The notes beneath the pieces were generated by a model. It was not told the origin of the DNA and did not search any database. It was given only the letters and a program-made list of their open reading frames with translations. From the NCBI GenBank assembly GCA_028534125.1, contig CM052817.1:107200001-107260000 (forward strand): DNA of 60,000 nt, written 5' to 3'. Within the stretch, counting starts at the first letter, position 1; each line of letters begins with the position of its first letter. Positions 13,185-27,060 of the stretch are shown here, piece after piece. Source of the stretch: Lama glama (lineage: Eukaryota). The position numbers and the translations under genes are program-made.

Positions 13185-13370
13185 TCATATGGTTCTGTAA
13201 GCATACAGTAAGCTTTGTAAGAAACTGCTGAACTGTCTTCCAAAGTGGCTATATCATACATGCATTTCCACCAGCACGAAATGTGAATGCCTATAGCTCC
13301 AAAACCTCTTCTGCATTTGATATTATCAATGTTTTGGATTTTAGCCATTCTAACGGTGTGTTGTGGTCCG
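13185..13370 (-). mobile_element. Old L1 fragment
   Basis: aagaaactgctgaactgtcttccaaagtggct...catttccaccagca...ttttagccattctaac L1 ORF2-end motif. Confidence 0.7.
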
Positions 13371-13633
13371 GGTTATATTTTGCCTCCTTGTTATGTTGAA
13401 AATATCTTTGCTCTAAAATAATACCATCCTCCTAATTATTGTGTAACTCAGCCATCAGTCTCAGATATGAGAATTCTGTATCTAATTTCTAGTTATAGAC
13501 CTCATCCATACACTTCATTATTTTGTTGGTCAAAACCTTGTCTGAATATCTGAGTGCTACTACAATATAATCCCCAGACAGCAAAATATCTTATTGCACA
13601 ACTCCTATTTTACTGACTTGGCTCCTTGGACGC

Positions 13634-14072
13634 TGTAATCAATAGAAATTGATAAGATGCCAGATGAGAAATTCAGGCAAGACTTTACTGGGACTCATGC
13701 TGCAGCACAAGGGAATGAAAACACCTTGCTCATTCCCCGAAGGGGGACAAGCTGGTCCCTTAAATGGGATGAGGTTAGGGGTGGGTCCAGGGGTGGGGCT
13801 GGAAGGGTGGCTTGGGTAGTCTGCCCACCCCCTTGGTGGTCTGTGTGCAGGGATCATGCACACTTCCCTTCCTTTGATCCCTGAACCTCAGAAGTGGCCA
13901 TTGGATTTTGGCCTTTTTGTATCTTGTTGTTTATAATTTGCCTCAACTGCACATGCACATAGTTATTTTTAGTCCCTTATAGTTTCTTTGTGTTCTGTTG
14001 CTCTAGGAGACGTTTGTCCAGGTGCAAGTATGGCAGCCCAGGGCCCCATGTCCCAGGTCTCAGCTTGTCTCA
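13634..14072. mobile_element. Probable ERV solo LTR (about 440 bp)
   Basis: Begins TG and ends CA, with an LTR-like G-rich interior. No clear TSD seen. Confidence 0.55.
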
Positions 14073-14092
14073 CTATAATTTATAAGGCATAT

Positions 14093-14226
14093 ATATTTTT
14101 GTTGTGTGTGTGGGGTGGGGAAGTAATTAGGTTTATTTATTTATTTTTAAATGGAGGTACTGGGGATTGAACCCAGGACCTCATGCATGCTAAGTACACA
14201 CTATACTAGTGAGCTATACCCTCCCC
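14093..14226 (-). mobile_element. tRNA-derived camelid SINE
   Basis: gtaattaggtttatttatt...ggaggtactggggattgaacccaggacctcatgcatgctaag...gagctataccctcccc. Confidence 0.9.
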
Positions 14227-14315
14227 ACTAGGAAACATATCTTATGTTTAAAGCCGTGGAGAAATAGTTACAATTGTTGCATACACAGCATATGGTCTCA
14301 TTTAAAGATTCCATT

Positions 14316-14317
<2 letters not shown>

Positions 14318-14355
<38 letters not shown>

Positions 14356-14357
14356 AT
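14318..14357. repeat. (TAAA)n microsatellite
   Basis: About 10 units seen directly. Confidence 0.9.
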
Positions 14358-15109
14358 ATTCCATTTCTTTTGTTCAAATAACATTGCCAGTATCTATTTC
14401 CAAATGCACCATCAAATAGTTCTAAGCAAAAAATAAATAAGTGAAAGAATGAATGAATAAATAAATAAATGCCATTGAAAATCAAATTTCAACAAACAGG
14501 ACATGAGTGTGAAAATCTCCACTTATTCACACGTTAAAAAACTTGTTAAAGAGAACCTGAGAAATATTGAAGCTTTGAGCATTTTCCTTAGAGGAAAGAC
14601 TATTGGCTGCATTCATTTCTACGGGCTATGATGTGGATTGTACCAAGTTATGAGGATGCAAAATGTTTATGAGAAAGACCTGGTACTTAGGGAATTGTGA
14701 ATTCAATTGGAAAATTATAGATATATGTATAAAAATTACAAAACCAATCTGTATATGTTGAGTGCTAAATTCCTCATGAAGGCAATCATGATTAGAAAAT
14801 TATAACTAGAAAAATTAAAAAAAATTAAATACAGTGACAGCCCCCTAGATGTGCCTGTAACCTCTGACTTGGGTCCTATTTCTAACTAGTCCGATGCCGG
14901 TAACCTGAATGCTGCCCACTCTTAAGACTCTAAGCACAACCGCTGCTTAAAAGCCTTCCTGCCCCACTCTTGGCTCTGAGGCTCTTAAGGAGGATGCTGA
15001 CCTTGACAGGCCCAGGGGTTCCCCACCTGTGGACTGAGGGCCATTTCCTTCCTGGGCAAGATTCGTGCTTAGCTTCTCAGACCATTTTCACTTTCTGTCC
15101 TCCTCTGTC

Positions 15110-15900
15110 AACTGCATTCACTCAATAAATGAAGTGCCTCCTGTGTTCAAAGCACTGCTAGATTCTGCAGCCACAGTGCAGAACAAGACAAGCTCAGTAT
15201 ACGTCCTTCTTGGAATTTGTATTCTAGGGAAGGAGACAGATATCAAACAACTATAATTATACTGTTTTTCATGCTTTTAAATAACTTCTTAAAATGAGAA
15301 ATATAATTCATGTTTACAGCAACAAATCAAACAACACAGAGGTATATTAAGACGTTAATATCTTGTCCTATTCCATCCAGTTCATTATAAAACATTTCAT
15401 TACAAAGGTTATTTATGGGTCGATACCAGGGGCATCGACCTGGACTGAGGGTCAGAGAAGTGTTCAATTATTAAGTTGACTTCAAAAATGTGAGTATAAC
15501 ATTGTTCCAGGCAGAGGGAACAGCGTGAGAAGGGGCCAGAGCAGGGGAAGAATGTATCTAGTTAGGACCAGGGTGGCTGGACTGTGGAAAGCAATGGGAG
15601 GTGAGCAAGATGAGGGTCAGATTTTGTAGAATATTGTGGCCACATCAGAAAATGCGGGTTTTTACCTAAGAACAGAGAGAATTCATTGGAGGATTTAAAA
15701 TAGGAAGCAGTCCTTCCCCCCCCACCCCAAAGATGGCTCTGGAATGTTGGAGTGCTGTGTGGAGGAAAAATTGAAAGGTGGTTGGAAAAGCTGTAGGAAA
15801 CTCAGCTGGGAGACGATTTCATTTTTAACAGGTCCCTCTTGAGTTTTCAGTGTGCTTTGTAAACGATCCAAAATAAACTGTGATTGTGGAGAGGTGTGAG
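15110..15900. mobile_element. L2 relic fragments
   Basis: cattcactcaataaat, ttctagggaaggagacaga and ttccaggcagagggaacagc motifs. Confidence 0.55.
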
Positions 15901-18149
15901 AAGGAAAAAGGATTTGAGTTGAGCTTTCAAGGAAGTAAATAAGCCAGAAGAGACGATGTTTGCTATAACAATGGGGAGTAAGATTGCATTCAGCTATCGG
16001 ATGAAGCAGATTTTAGCACTGTCTTAATTTTGTAGATGAGAAAATTGAACTTCAGAGGCTAAGTTCCATGAACTACAGTCACAGAGCTAATATCTCAGTC
16101 CAAGTTGACTGATTCCACTGCTCTGGGTTGGGATCTGGGCGTGGACCTTTCTGAGGGCTCTCCGAGTGATTCTGATGCTCAGCCGAGTTGAGAACCACTA
16201 GTGGAGACTGGGCGAGGAAGGGGATAAGCCTTGGGGGAGCCCACATTGAGGACAAGGGGAGTGAGGGCCACGGATGGAGGAAAGAGCCTCCAAGGTAAGT
16301 CCCTTAAGACAATAGAAGTCTGTAAAAGCCAGTAAGGAACTTCAAAGAGAGGGGTTCAGCACAAGGAAATGAAAATCCAAGAAAACAATGATAGACGAAT
16401 ATTTGGAAGTTATCAGTGGTCTCAGAAAAAGCACTGGAGGAAGACTAGGATGATCTGAGTCGATACAACCAGCACTGAAGAATTTTTGTCTGCTGACGTC
16501 ATAGAAGAGTCCACTCTGTTTTTGAGACCAGAAGCCCAGTCGGGGACAATGACAGGATTTCCTCCATTGGGGCATACTTTAAAAATTGAACATTCTTGAA
16601 ATCAGGATGTGTTTTATAATAGTTGTTTACAAATGTAGAGCCCCTATTTCTCCTCCCACGTGTTACACAATGTATTGCATCTTAAAGACCGGTGAAGATG
16701 TGCTTCAACAAATTGGAAATGAAGACCTACTATGTGGCAAGTGCTCAGAATTTGAAAATTGATAAGCAAGGTCCTTGTTCTCAAGTAGCTCACAGACTCT
16801 CAGGGCAGATCTATGTCAACAGAAGATTTCAAAACAATATATATGAATGGAGAAGGATTGCAGTAACTGGGTGTGGGTTAACTCTATTTTTTTCTTCTGA
16901 ATTGAAGGAAGTGTTTTCTTGTTTTACATACTTAAGTTTCTCTAGACATGTGACCTGATGATTAAGTTGTTTTCATCTGTGTCTCTTCTATTGGCAGTTA
17001 GGTGTTTTCCAACACATACAAACAGTATTTCTAATTTCAGTAAGAAGAAGGAAATGTACAGACAGGAAATGGGGGAAGACTTTATAGTCCAGTTATAAGA
17101 GAATGCACTGCAAATAGCGAGTGGGTGGGGCTTTTCGTTTTGTTGTAAGAAGTAAGCGAGATCTGTTACTAAAAATTGTGAGGCGTGGAAGTACCTGGCT
17201 TTCTTTTCTTTTCTTTTCCTTACATTAACGCAGGCTTGGCACATATGAGTGCTCAAGACACATTTGCTGAATCGGGTATGAAAAACTAATCCCAGTTTTT
17301 CTTGCACTCAGAATGGCAGATTGGCGTAGCTCAGGCCGGAAAAGCTGGAGGAGCTCAGGTGGTGAAGACTTCCTGAGAGAGAGGAAATTTAAGCTGGGTT
17401 CAGGAGGAGCATTTTAGGAAAGTTTCTGGCTGCCTATCTGGGTAAAGTTGTTATCCATGCAAATGAAAGTCTTGTTGAGATTATAAAATCAGGAGAATTG
17501 TTCACAGATAAACCTCTTTCCAGAAAGGAGCTGCTGTTGTGACTCTGCCCTGGTGTCACTATGAAGCTGTCTCTTTGCCAACCGGATCCACTTATTTGCC
17601 AATGTATCGATTTGTCTTAGGAATGTCTTAAGGAATGGTTCAAGTTCCTGTGGACAGCCATTGTCGGGAGATGGCAGGGGTTGGGGAGCAGTGGGTGTCA
17701 AGGAGGCTGCAAATTCTAAGGCAGAGGCATGCAACCTAGGTGTTGACCATGAAGAAAAGAGTAGCATGAGCTTTAAAAAAAAAATCAGAATTAACTACAA
17801 CCCCCACTGGCTTTTCATTGACTTGAGGGTCACAGCTCTTCTCTGAGTGCTGGCTCTCCCAGCCGGCTTCCTCCTTGTCTACTTTCTCATAATCATGGCA
17901 TTTCTTAGTCACTGTCCGTCCTCAGGACGCGCACAGCACAGCATAGCTAAAGGAGTGCTGAACTGAGAATCAAGAAAGTGGGTTTTACTAGGGATTTATC
18001 TTCCTCCAGGAAATAGTGAAGGAGCTACACAAAACGTAGTAGAAGGGAGTCCAGCAGTGTTGGCAGTAATGCAAAGGCAGTAATAACCTAATAGCCCCCA
18101 AATAGGATGGTAAGCAGTGATGAAGCAGGATCTGCGGTGATTAAGAAAA

Positions 18150-18310
18150 GACAAACTTCCTGAGTTCAAGTCCCAGCTCTACCACCTGGCAGCTGGGTGA
18201 GTTATTTAAACTCTTGATGCCTCAGGTTCCCAATCTGTAAAATGGTTTTAACAGAGTCTGCTCCACAGATGTGTTGTTACAGACACAGCACTTAAGCACT
18301 CAGTAAACCA
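18150..18310 (+). mobile_element. MIR relic
   Basis: cctgagttcaagtcccagctctaccac...cctcaggttcccaatctgtaaaatgg. Confidence 0.7.
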
Positions 18311-20277
18311 TGTGGCCATATATTTTATCCCCCCAAATAGGACACTTTGGAGAATGAAACAAGAAGCTAATCTACTTGGACAACACACTAAACTGAAAAT
18401 GTCCTGAAAAAAGATCAGATCACTCTGTTGATCAACATTATGTATTAGTTAAATAAATAAAGTATATTGAAATAATGAAGCAAAATGCATCTTCTAAAAT
18501 TCCTATTATATTGTTAGCTAAAAACAATCATATTGAGATTCAGTATAGGAGAGAAATTTCATACTCTATAGCTGAGTTAATCTCTCAAAAGTAGAACAAA
18601 AAGTCCAAGCGACAGAAGATAGGGAAAGATATGAAAACGAGAAATCGATTAAAATGAAGCCAGCCTAGTATCTGACTAACAAGAGGCCCAAAAAGAGAAC
18701 AGAGAAAACAGAAGAAAGAAAATCAATAGCATAAGAAAATGTCTCAGAAGGGAATACGAACGTCCAGATTGAAAGGCTGTTGAAAGGCTGTGCCAAAGCC
18801 AGACAACACCCACAAAATCAAGTGCATCAAGCCGTGTCCCTGTGAAACTTCATTGTGCTGAGACGAAAAGACAGTTTTTGAGAGGGAAGCCAGGATACAC
18901 ACAGAGGACCTGGAATCCATGAGGCATCACACTTCTTGACAGTGATACCAGGCTCTAGAAGACACTGGGGCTATGACCTCTATGCTTGATGGAAAGTGAA
19001 AAGACTTGCAACCTCGAATTCGACACCCAGACCAACTATCAGGTGGGAAGATAGAAGGGAGACATTTTCATGCAAGTACGTACTCAAAAGAGTGCCTTTT
19101 CTCCCCAAGAAGCAACTGGAGAATATTATCTAGCAAGACAATAGGGGAAAACCCAGGGCAGAGGAAGGAATATGATTCAAGAAATAAGAGACTCAACAAA
19201 GGTCTTGAGCAGAGGGCATGCCCAAGATATTAAAGGGGAGGCCCAGGAATGTGGCTGTGGGGTGGGGGGACCCGGAGGAGGAGCAGGTCTAGCGGGGGCT
19301 CCCCTGGGAGCCCTGACTGTATACAGATACTGGGTTAAATTCCAGAAGAAGCAAATGGGCTACAAAGTGTCTGCTTTTGTAGAAGAGAATGTTGGGACAG
19401 GGAGTGTGGAGAAGAGGGAAGTATTATTATTATAAGCATTTTAGTCCTATTATATGTATTTTATGTGTATTATGTACCTACCTGGTTGCATTAAAATGGG
19501 GAAAGATTACCACCACATTATGTACAATGGACAAGTATTTTATTTTGATAAAAATGAAAGTTAATTCTAACTAAAGTGAGAGGAACAGCAACGATCAACC
19601 AGAGTTTTAGTAGTTAGGGCTCCTAAGCTGAAAAAAAATTCTAAAACGAGAACTCTCAGTGCTGAAGAAATGTGCACCGACCTAAATAAACAGGGCTCTC
19701 TGTTTACTCAGAAAGGTGGGAGGTGTGCCTGTGTCTGGTGTTGGTTGGGGTGTGTAGAAAATTGCTGGGTTTATTTCATGATGAAATACTGCCAACGCCA
19801 GCTCTTAAACTAGCACAGGCTTAATGACAGCTACTATTTAAAAATATGTTCGTACATAAATGCATGCTTTCTTCCTGGAGATGTTTTCGTCAAAACATCC
19901 ATAAATCTTGACAACCTTCTATTTTTAAGGCTGTCAGTGCCTGGCACCCTGGAGGGATTCTTATAAGCATTTGGGGGCAAAGTGCTGCGATTTTTGAGAT
20001 CAGCACCTTTCCTGCCTTTGGCTGGTTACCTAAACTCCTCCCCGCAGCCTGCTCTCCAGCGGGGAGGGGAGGGGGGAGGTTCTCAGGAAGCTCAGGTGCA
20101 GTGGGGTCAGCTCACAGCTCCTGCACTTGTCACACTGCAGAGCCACATGGATAGTGGAGGACCATTTATTCATTCAATGAACATCCAATCCCCAACTCTG
20201 TGCCTGGTACCATGCTAGGCTTGGGATCAGGAGTGAGCAAGACAGATGTCCCTCGTACCTTCCTTATATCCTATCAG

Positions 20278-20947
20278 TGTTATAGAAACTCAGGTCGAGC
20301 TCCTTGCTGCTCAAAAGCCAATATCTGAGAGGCAAGTGTTGGCAGAAAAGAAAAGTTGCTTTATTCCAGAGTCTGGTCACCTTGGAAGAGGGTGGACTCA
20401 TGTCCAGAGGCCACCACCCCCACTGTCAATCGGGGGCAAGAGCTTTTCAAGAGGAGTTTCAGGTGTGTAGGGGGAGAGAAGGGGCTGCGTGCAGAACAGC
20501 ACAGCCAGCTTTGACAGGCATGCGGGGGTTTGATCAGTGTCATCTTGATTGTTTTAAGTGCAGCGAATCTTCAGTTCCAGGGTCGGTTATTTCCCATTTC
20601 CTTGAGGCCAGTTCTTGGAACTGTGGCAGCTTCTGTCATGGCTCCAGTCTGGTCACCATGTAGTTAACTTCTTCCACCTGGTGGGGGTCTCAGTATCTGA
20701 AAAACAGCTCCAAGCACATGGCTCAGAATATCGTCCAGAGCCCTTGCAGAGGAGCTAGAAGTCCTTGACTTTGCTTAATGACTAAACTATTTTTATTTGT
20801 TTTGCTTGACTATTTCCCTTTGTTTCTGTATTTTCTTTTTTCTCTGATTCAACTTACTCTTTGACTGAAGTTTTTGTACAGACCAGAGGCAGGTGGAGGA
20901 CATTGGTGGGTGTCTGGGACGGCCCCACAGGGTCCTGCTCTGTTTCA
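20278..20947 (-). mobile_element. Intact ERV1-class solo LTR (670 bp), inserted in an L2 relic
   Basis: TGTTA...TTTCA termini, perfect 4-bp TSD tcag (20274-20277, 20948-20951), minus-strand AATAAA near 20360. Confidence 0.8.
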
Positions 20948-22036
20948 TCAGGAGAGACAGGACAGAAACAGCCTGATGTACGACTGATCATTTAATTGCA
21001 GGAGGTGCCATGAGGGAGAGATGCAGGATGCATGTATATACTTCTTGTTGATGGAGTGAATGTTGCTCTTCTCAGGATGAAGCTCTTACAGCAAAAGGAT
21101 GAGATACGGCTGTTTTTGAAAGGAAAGTGAGCTCAAGAAGAGACAGGGCTATTACTCTCAAGAAGAAAACTTCCTGGGTGATCCCTTGGTGTCCTCCAGG
21201 TTGGGTAAACTCAGTTAATTTCAGAATGGGACACTTTACTGCGAGTTACCCTCCGTGGAACTCCCAAGAGGTACTGACATCCGAAGCGTGTAAGAAAGAG
21301 GTACTGTCAGTTCGCTGGCTTTCTCAGCATTCCAGACACCAGAGCCGTAGCTCTGAGAGCCTATTTCAGGAGACCAGGGCCACTGAGAGAGCTGCTATTG
21401 GGCCCAGAGAAGGGTTTTTCACCTTGAAATCCAAGCATGGCCTGCAAATCCAACACAAACATTAGGCCCAGGCAAAGAGAGTTTGTGCACTGAACAAGAG
21501 TCCCGAAAAACAAGGACAAGGTGTGTTCGAGGTGTTCGGAGTGTTTTATTTCGCTGTTATGTATTCAGTTTTGGAAAGTCATGAACATGCCCTGGGCGTG
21601 GTCATTCAAACGTTCTTCTATTACCAACGTCTACAGTGGTGGTTCACAAAGGTCAGTGGTATCGCCTGTCTCAAACCCATCGATATAACCAGATGAAGCA
21701 GCAGGGATCACAGTCACCCGATTCCCCTAATGCGCACTGTTTATTACCAGCTCTGCTCTTCACTCTTTCTTCTAAGCCTGCTTGTACTTCTAGGAAAGAC
21801 CGTGCAGATGGCAGAGTTGGACGTAATTCCTCCATCTTGTGAAATGAACATGCTCTCGGACCGCAGCTTTGAGGGAGAAAGGGGGGAAGATTGTTACATC
21901 TGTCTCACAGCGTTGTCCTGAGAATGAGTGTGAGTGTGTAAGGCTCCCAGCATGGAGGTGACACACGGGAGGGTCGCTTCCTCCTCATTTTAAGAGTGTC
22001 TCAAAGAGATCATAGGATTAGCCACTTTCTTAAGGC

Positions 22037-22133
22037 TATTTATTTATTTTTTAATGGATGTACTGGGGATTGAACCCAGAATCTCATGCGTGCTAAGCAC
22101 ATGCTCTACCATCGAGCATCCATCCACCCCCCC
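22037..22133 (-). mobile_element. tRNA-derived camelid SINE
   Basis: tactggggattgaacccagaatctcatgcgtgctaagcacatgctctacc. Confidence 0.85.
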
Positions 22134-22679
22134 ATTCATTTTTGAACACTATCACCTCAAAATAGATTAATTCTAATTTTCTCCCCTTCCATCACATTTT
22201 GTCTAAGAGCCCTGGACTGTTTGGAGATACATTATTTGCTTTCTGCTTTCAGAACAGTGATTCTTTAAAACATATTTTCCCTTCCGTCTTCCTGATGGGA
22301 GTCAAACCATTTCAAGCGGTTTGAGTTTGGAAAGACTTCAGTTTTCAGTGGTGGTGGCTTTATCATCTGGCACGTCACCTCCCATCAGTGGTATCATTAG
22401 TCCCATGCCTGGGACGTGTCCCCAGGCAGTCATGGAGCACAGTGACTGGGACAGAAGTGCACTGCTCAGATGGGACAGTGAAAGGCTATGAAAAAAATCC
22501 AAGAGTCCCTGAAGCACTTTTGTTTTAATTATTAATTGTCAGAAGGAAAGTTCTTGTTCAGCATGTGCATTTCTCTTGAAACTTGTTTTATCCCAAGTTA
22601 AATAGTCCCACTGATATTCAAAGAAGAGGAAATACCGTTTTCTGACTACTTTGGTTCATGGCCTTTAATTGGGCCACTC

Positions 22680-23620
22680 GTTTATTGAGTCAGTATATCA
22701 GTAAGTACGTTTGGAGCACTGTCCTTTCCGTCAAGCACTTCATAGTGTAGTGGGGAAAAGAGACACGGATAATTGTGACATGTAGACAGGACTGTGATAC
22801 AGCCGGCCACGCCGGGTATTGTGCACACAGCCCAGCACAGGGGTGAGAAGAGGCACAGGAGACTGAAGAGGGGAGGTTAGGGAACAGAGGGTGGTAGGGA
22901 GGCAGTGAAGGAGTGTTTCAAGAAGGGCAGACATCAGGACCAAAGACCAGAATAACACTGACTGTTGCAGTGGATGTTTCAGGGCTGCAGGATCCCACCA
23001 CGTAGTGGATGCTCTGGGAACAGGTGAAACCAGAGTAGCTGTCAGGAGCCGGGCAGGGAAGAGTTCACTCTTGAGTTTTGACTGTTAGAACATGGAAACC
23101 CCAAGAAGGAATTTAAATTTTACCCACCCATCCTTGTATGCAGTAGCCAAAGCGATGAAGTCAGGCTTACGTTTTGGGCAGAGGGTAGGTGTGGGGGGCA
23201 TTGCGGAGACAGGGAGCCAGGCAGGAGTCTGTTAGAGGAGAATGGTGGTAATCTACAGGAATGGGGGCAAGAGAATTCAGATCTGACTGTTTGAGGAAGG
23301 AGCAGAGCTGAGAAAGCAGACGTACAGAAACAGGAAAACCAGGAGCGTGGATGGATGTCCGGGGTTAAATGAGATGTGAACCGAACAGTGTCCATGAGGA
23401 GGGCGGACACATGTGATCAGAGACCCGGGTGAGAATAGAATGACTAGAACGGCTTACACGGATGGGGAGGGAACGAGGGATGGAAACCCAGATAAGGTGG
23501 GTCAGGGTGTGCATGGCGGGGGAGGTAGAGTTGCAAGTACAAGCCATTGTTTTGAAAACTTGGGGTAAGAAAGGAAGAAAATGTGGATAGTAACTGGAGG
23601 GATGAGGGGCCAGTGGAGGC
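22680..23620. mobile_element. L2 relic region
   Basis: Purine-rich degraded L2-like sequence (ttcactcttgagttttgac, gggcaagagaattcagatctgactgtttgag). Confidence 0.45.
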
Positions 23621-24269
23621 TTTTTTCGGGTATGAGAAGCATCACCCAGAGAAGGGCGAACCGCTGTGGAGCCGTGTTCTCGGGTCAGTGGGGCTGCAGC
23701 GGTGGGCCTGAGGGCACAGGTGAATGTGGACGCCCTGGAGGAGGAGAAAGGCTCCCTCACTCCCAGAGGCCAGAAGGAAGGAGGTGGGACTTCCTCGTCT
23801 ACGCAGGTGGGGATGTGCTTGTCTGTCAGTGTGCGCTGGGGGTTGAAGGAGCTTAGATCTGACGGCCTTGGTGTTCTCCAGGAAGTCTCTTTTGCGTGGT
23901 TTTTTTTTTTTTAATGATGGTAAAATATACATAATGTTAAAATCACTATTTGAATCTTTTTTTTCTTTTTTCCCTTTTTCAGTTTTATTAGGTAGAATTA
24001 TTATAGCTTGACTGCACATATACATTGTATTACATGTAAATACATATCTACAGTACACTGCAGTTTACATATATGTACTGATCATTGTTTCTAAGAACAG
24101 ATTAGAACTTTAGCTTTTTAAACTTACATAGTTATCAAATGAATAAAGTCAACTACAAAATAAGAATCCACAGAATGTAATAATCCAACCATAAAGCACA
24201 GTCAGATGTGCTTACACATATTCGAGAAACCAAAATAATAATTAGTCTATTTGTGGCCTTATTATTGTT

Positions 24270-24485
24270 GTTATTATTTTTTAGATTCCTCAAAGAAATG
24301 ATGTCATATGGCATTTTTCTTTCTCTTTCCAGCCCACTTCACTTAGAATGACAATCTTCAGGTCCATCCATGTTGCTGCAAATGGCATTATTTTATTCTT
24401 TTTTATGGCTGAGTAGTATTCCATTGTATATATGTACCATATCTTCTTTATCCAGTCATCTGTTGATGGACATTTGGGTTGTTTT
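24270..24485 (-). mobile_element. L1 3' UTR fragment
   Basis: ggtccatccatgttgctgcaaatggcattatt...ggctgagtagtattccattg. Confidence 0.85.
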
Positions 24486-26064
24486 AAGTGTGCAATTTAG
24501 TGGTCCATGAAGAATGTCATACAAGGCTCTGTCCTATGAGGACAGATGAAAGTACTGGGAGCGAGACAGGAGCAGGTCTTAGGAAACAGGGAAGGTTTAG
24601 GGTCGCTGTTGAAGGGGGTGAACAGATACATGAAAAGATAGCTGTTTTATGAGTGAGACCACGTGTTCTCATCAGCAAGATTATCCAGCCATCCCACAGG
24701 ATGAGCCCATCTCTTCCACAGAAGAGCTGGAGAAAGGATCAGAAAAGATGAAGATCGGGCAACGGGCTAACCTGTTAGGAAAAGTAAAATTATGTCTGTG
24801 CCTCAGAACACACAATGACATAAATTCCACATGGACTAAACAGTTCAGTGCTTTGAAAGTGAAATAATAAGATATGGAATAGAATATATGGAAACGTTCG
24901 TATTATGTTTTACAGCCTGAGGGTGCAGAGGTCAGACTGGAGCATGAAGCCACAGCTGGGAGTTTGTGAGGACGCTGCTCATCATATGCCAACATGGCCT
25001 CATAATACGATCCTGTGTGTGTCCTCTGTCACCCCAGTTCCACTTTTAATGGCATCATTTCTGTTCTTCAGTCCATCCAAATGATGGACAAGTGAGGCCC
25101 TGAGGAAATAAGACACAGTTCTGCTCTCAGAAAGCTTATCAAATAGTTAGGGGAAAGAGACACCCAAAGAATTATCCAAGAGGGTTTTAGGATGCAGTGA
25201 TAGAAACAGCAGGTCAACTAATAGTTATTGATGACCCATTTGTGTCTGGCACCATGCTTGGTGGTGTGTTTAAATACTTCAAGTGTAACAGCTAACAGCC
25301 ATGCCTGCTACAACAGGATTATTTTAGAGGGTGCCATGGAAACGGATATCAGGGAATCTAAACTCTGGGGAGGGATCAGGGGGGCTCCACGAGGTCCCCT
25401 GAGCCTGGAGGATGGGTAAGAGACAACTTCTAGAATGGCTATATTTAGATTCCAAGATGCTGTCACTTTAGAGATGAAACCTCACACGTCCAGAAGAATC
25501 ACCCTGGAGCGCATTATCACATACTTGACAAAAACGTTTCATTTTGAGCCTCTACGGCAAAGCACGAAGATGGCAGTGTTTAAACAGAACGCTGAGGCTG
25601 TTTTCTGTCTCACAGCCCAAAGGCTAATTCATTAAAATTCAAAGAAGAACTATGTGGTGGGTGGCAGAACAAATGTTTTCTTCCCTGAGCAGAACTAAGG
25701 ACTTCAAGACATTTCTCCCAGAGTCTAAGTGACTCTTTGCAGCTGTTCAGTTGGACACAATTCAGGCATCGCCTCTTCCTCTGGACCCCCCATGACCCAG
25801 CCCAACCCTTTCTCTGGATTAGACACACAGGGTGATAAGGAAAAGACAGGAAGGAGATACTGGTTCCACACTTGGTTCGATTTTGAAACCATGTGCATGT
25901 CTTACCTATAAGATATGTAGCTTGTATCTTACTTCTTACTTATAAAATAAATTAAGTTAAATATAAAATGAAAAAAACCACCCATTGATGGTTTAACCCT
26001 CAGAGAGGAAATATTCCCAGGGTTTTTAAAGCACAGTAATTTGAGTACAAATCTAAGAACAAAA

Positions 26065-26175
26065 AGACACCTGGATCTTGGGCTTCCAGCCTCTCCAATG
26101 GGGAGACGGTACATTTCTGCTGTCCAGCCGCCCATTTGTGGTACTGTGTTATACATCCCTAGCAAACTAATGCAG
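26065..26175 (+). mobile_element. MaLR LTR 3' fragment
   Basis: gacacctggatcttgggcttccagcctc...tttgtggtactgtgttat...ccctagcaaactaatgca. Confidence 0.65.
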
Positions 26176-26754
26176 TAGTCTTACCCCCAGACCCAAGCTG
26201 CCTTAGATCAAGCCTTTGCATCCAACTAACAATGCATAGGCATCAAGGAGATGGCAGAATGTGCTAAATGACAACATGGAGCTGCTGTCAGAAAAATACT
26301 GCGGTAACTGTCACAAGACAAATGGAAACAAGATTTTTATAGAAACAAAATGTGTTTCTTCAACAAACAGAAGGAGAAGGATGAGGAGGAAGATGGGGAG
26401 GTGGAGGGAAAAAGACAGATGAAAGAGAACCTATGAATCAAAAGAAACTTGGAAGGTGTAACCCGCTGCAAGGTGTGAGGCTTATTTGGGTTCTGTTTCT
26501 AACAAACAGGCTGTTAAAAAAAATAACATTTATGAGACAATCAGAATTTTGAATGTGGAATATTTGGTGACATTATTAAAATGTCAGGAGAAATAATGGT
26601 GGTGTGATTATGTTAAGAAAACGAGTATTTAAATCCTTGAGAGTTGATGTCTTGACAGGGGGAGGATTAGTAAGTGGGAGAAAGATTAAATAAAATTGGC
26701 TAGAAATTGTTAGTGTATGAAGTTGGTGATGGGTGCTTGGGGATCTTTAAACTA

Positions 26755-27060
26755 TTTTTTCAATTTTTATTGAAGTAGAGTCAATTTACAATGTGCCAAC
26801 TTCAGGTGTACTGGTGTACAGCCTAGCGGTTCATTTATACCTATATATACATTCCTTTTCATATTTTTTTCATTATAGGTCATTACAAGGTATTGAATAT
26901 AGTTCCCTGCGCTGTACAGTAGGACCTTGTTGTTTATCTCTTTTATGTACAGTAGTGTGTATCTGCACATCCCAGACTCCTAATTTATGCCACCACCCCA
27001 CCTTCCCCCCTGGTAACCACAAGTTTGTTCTCTACGTCTGTGAGTCTGTTCCTGTTTGGT
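26755..27060 (-). mobile_element. L1 3' end fragment
   Basis: tattgaagtagagtcaatttacaatg...ggtaaccacaagtttgttctctacgtctgtgagtctg. Confidence 0.9.
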
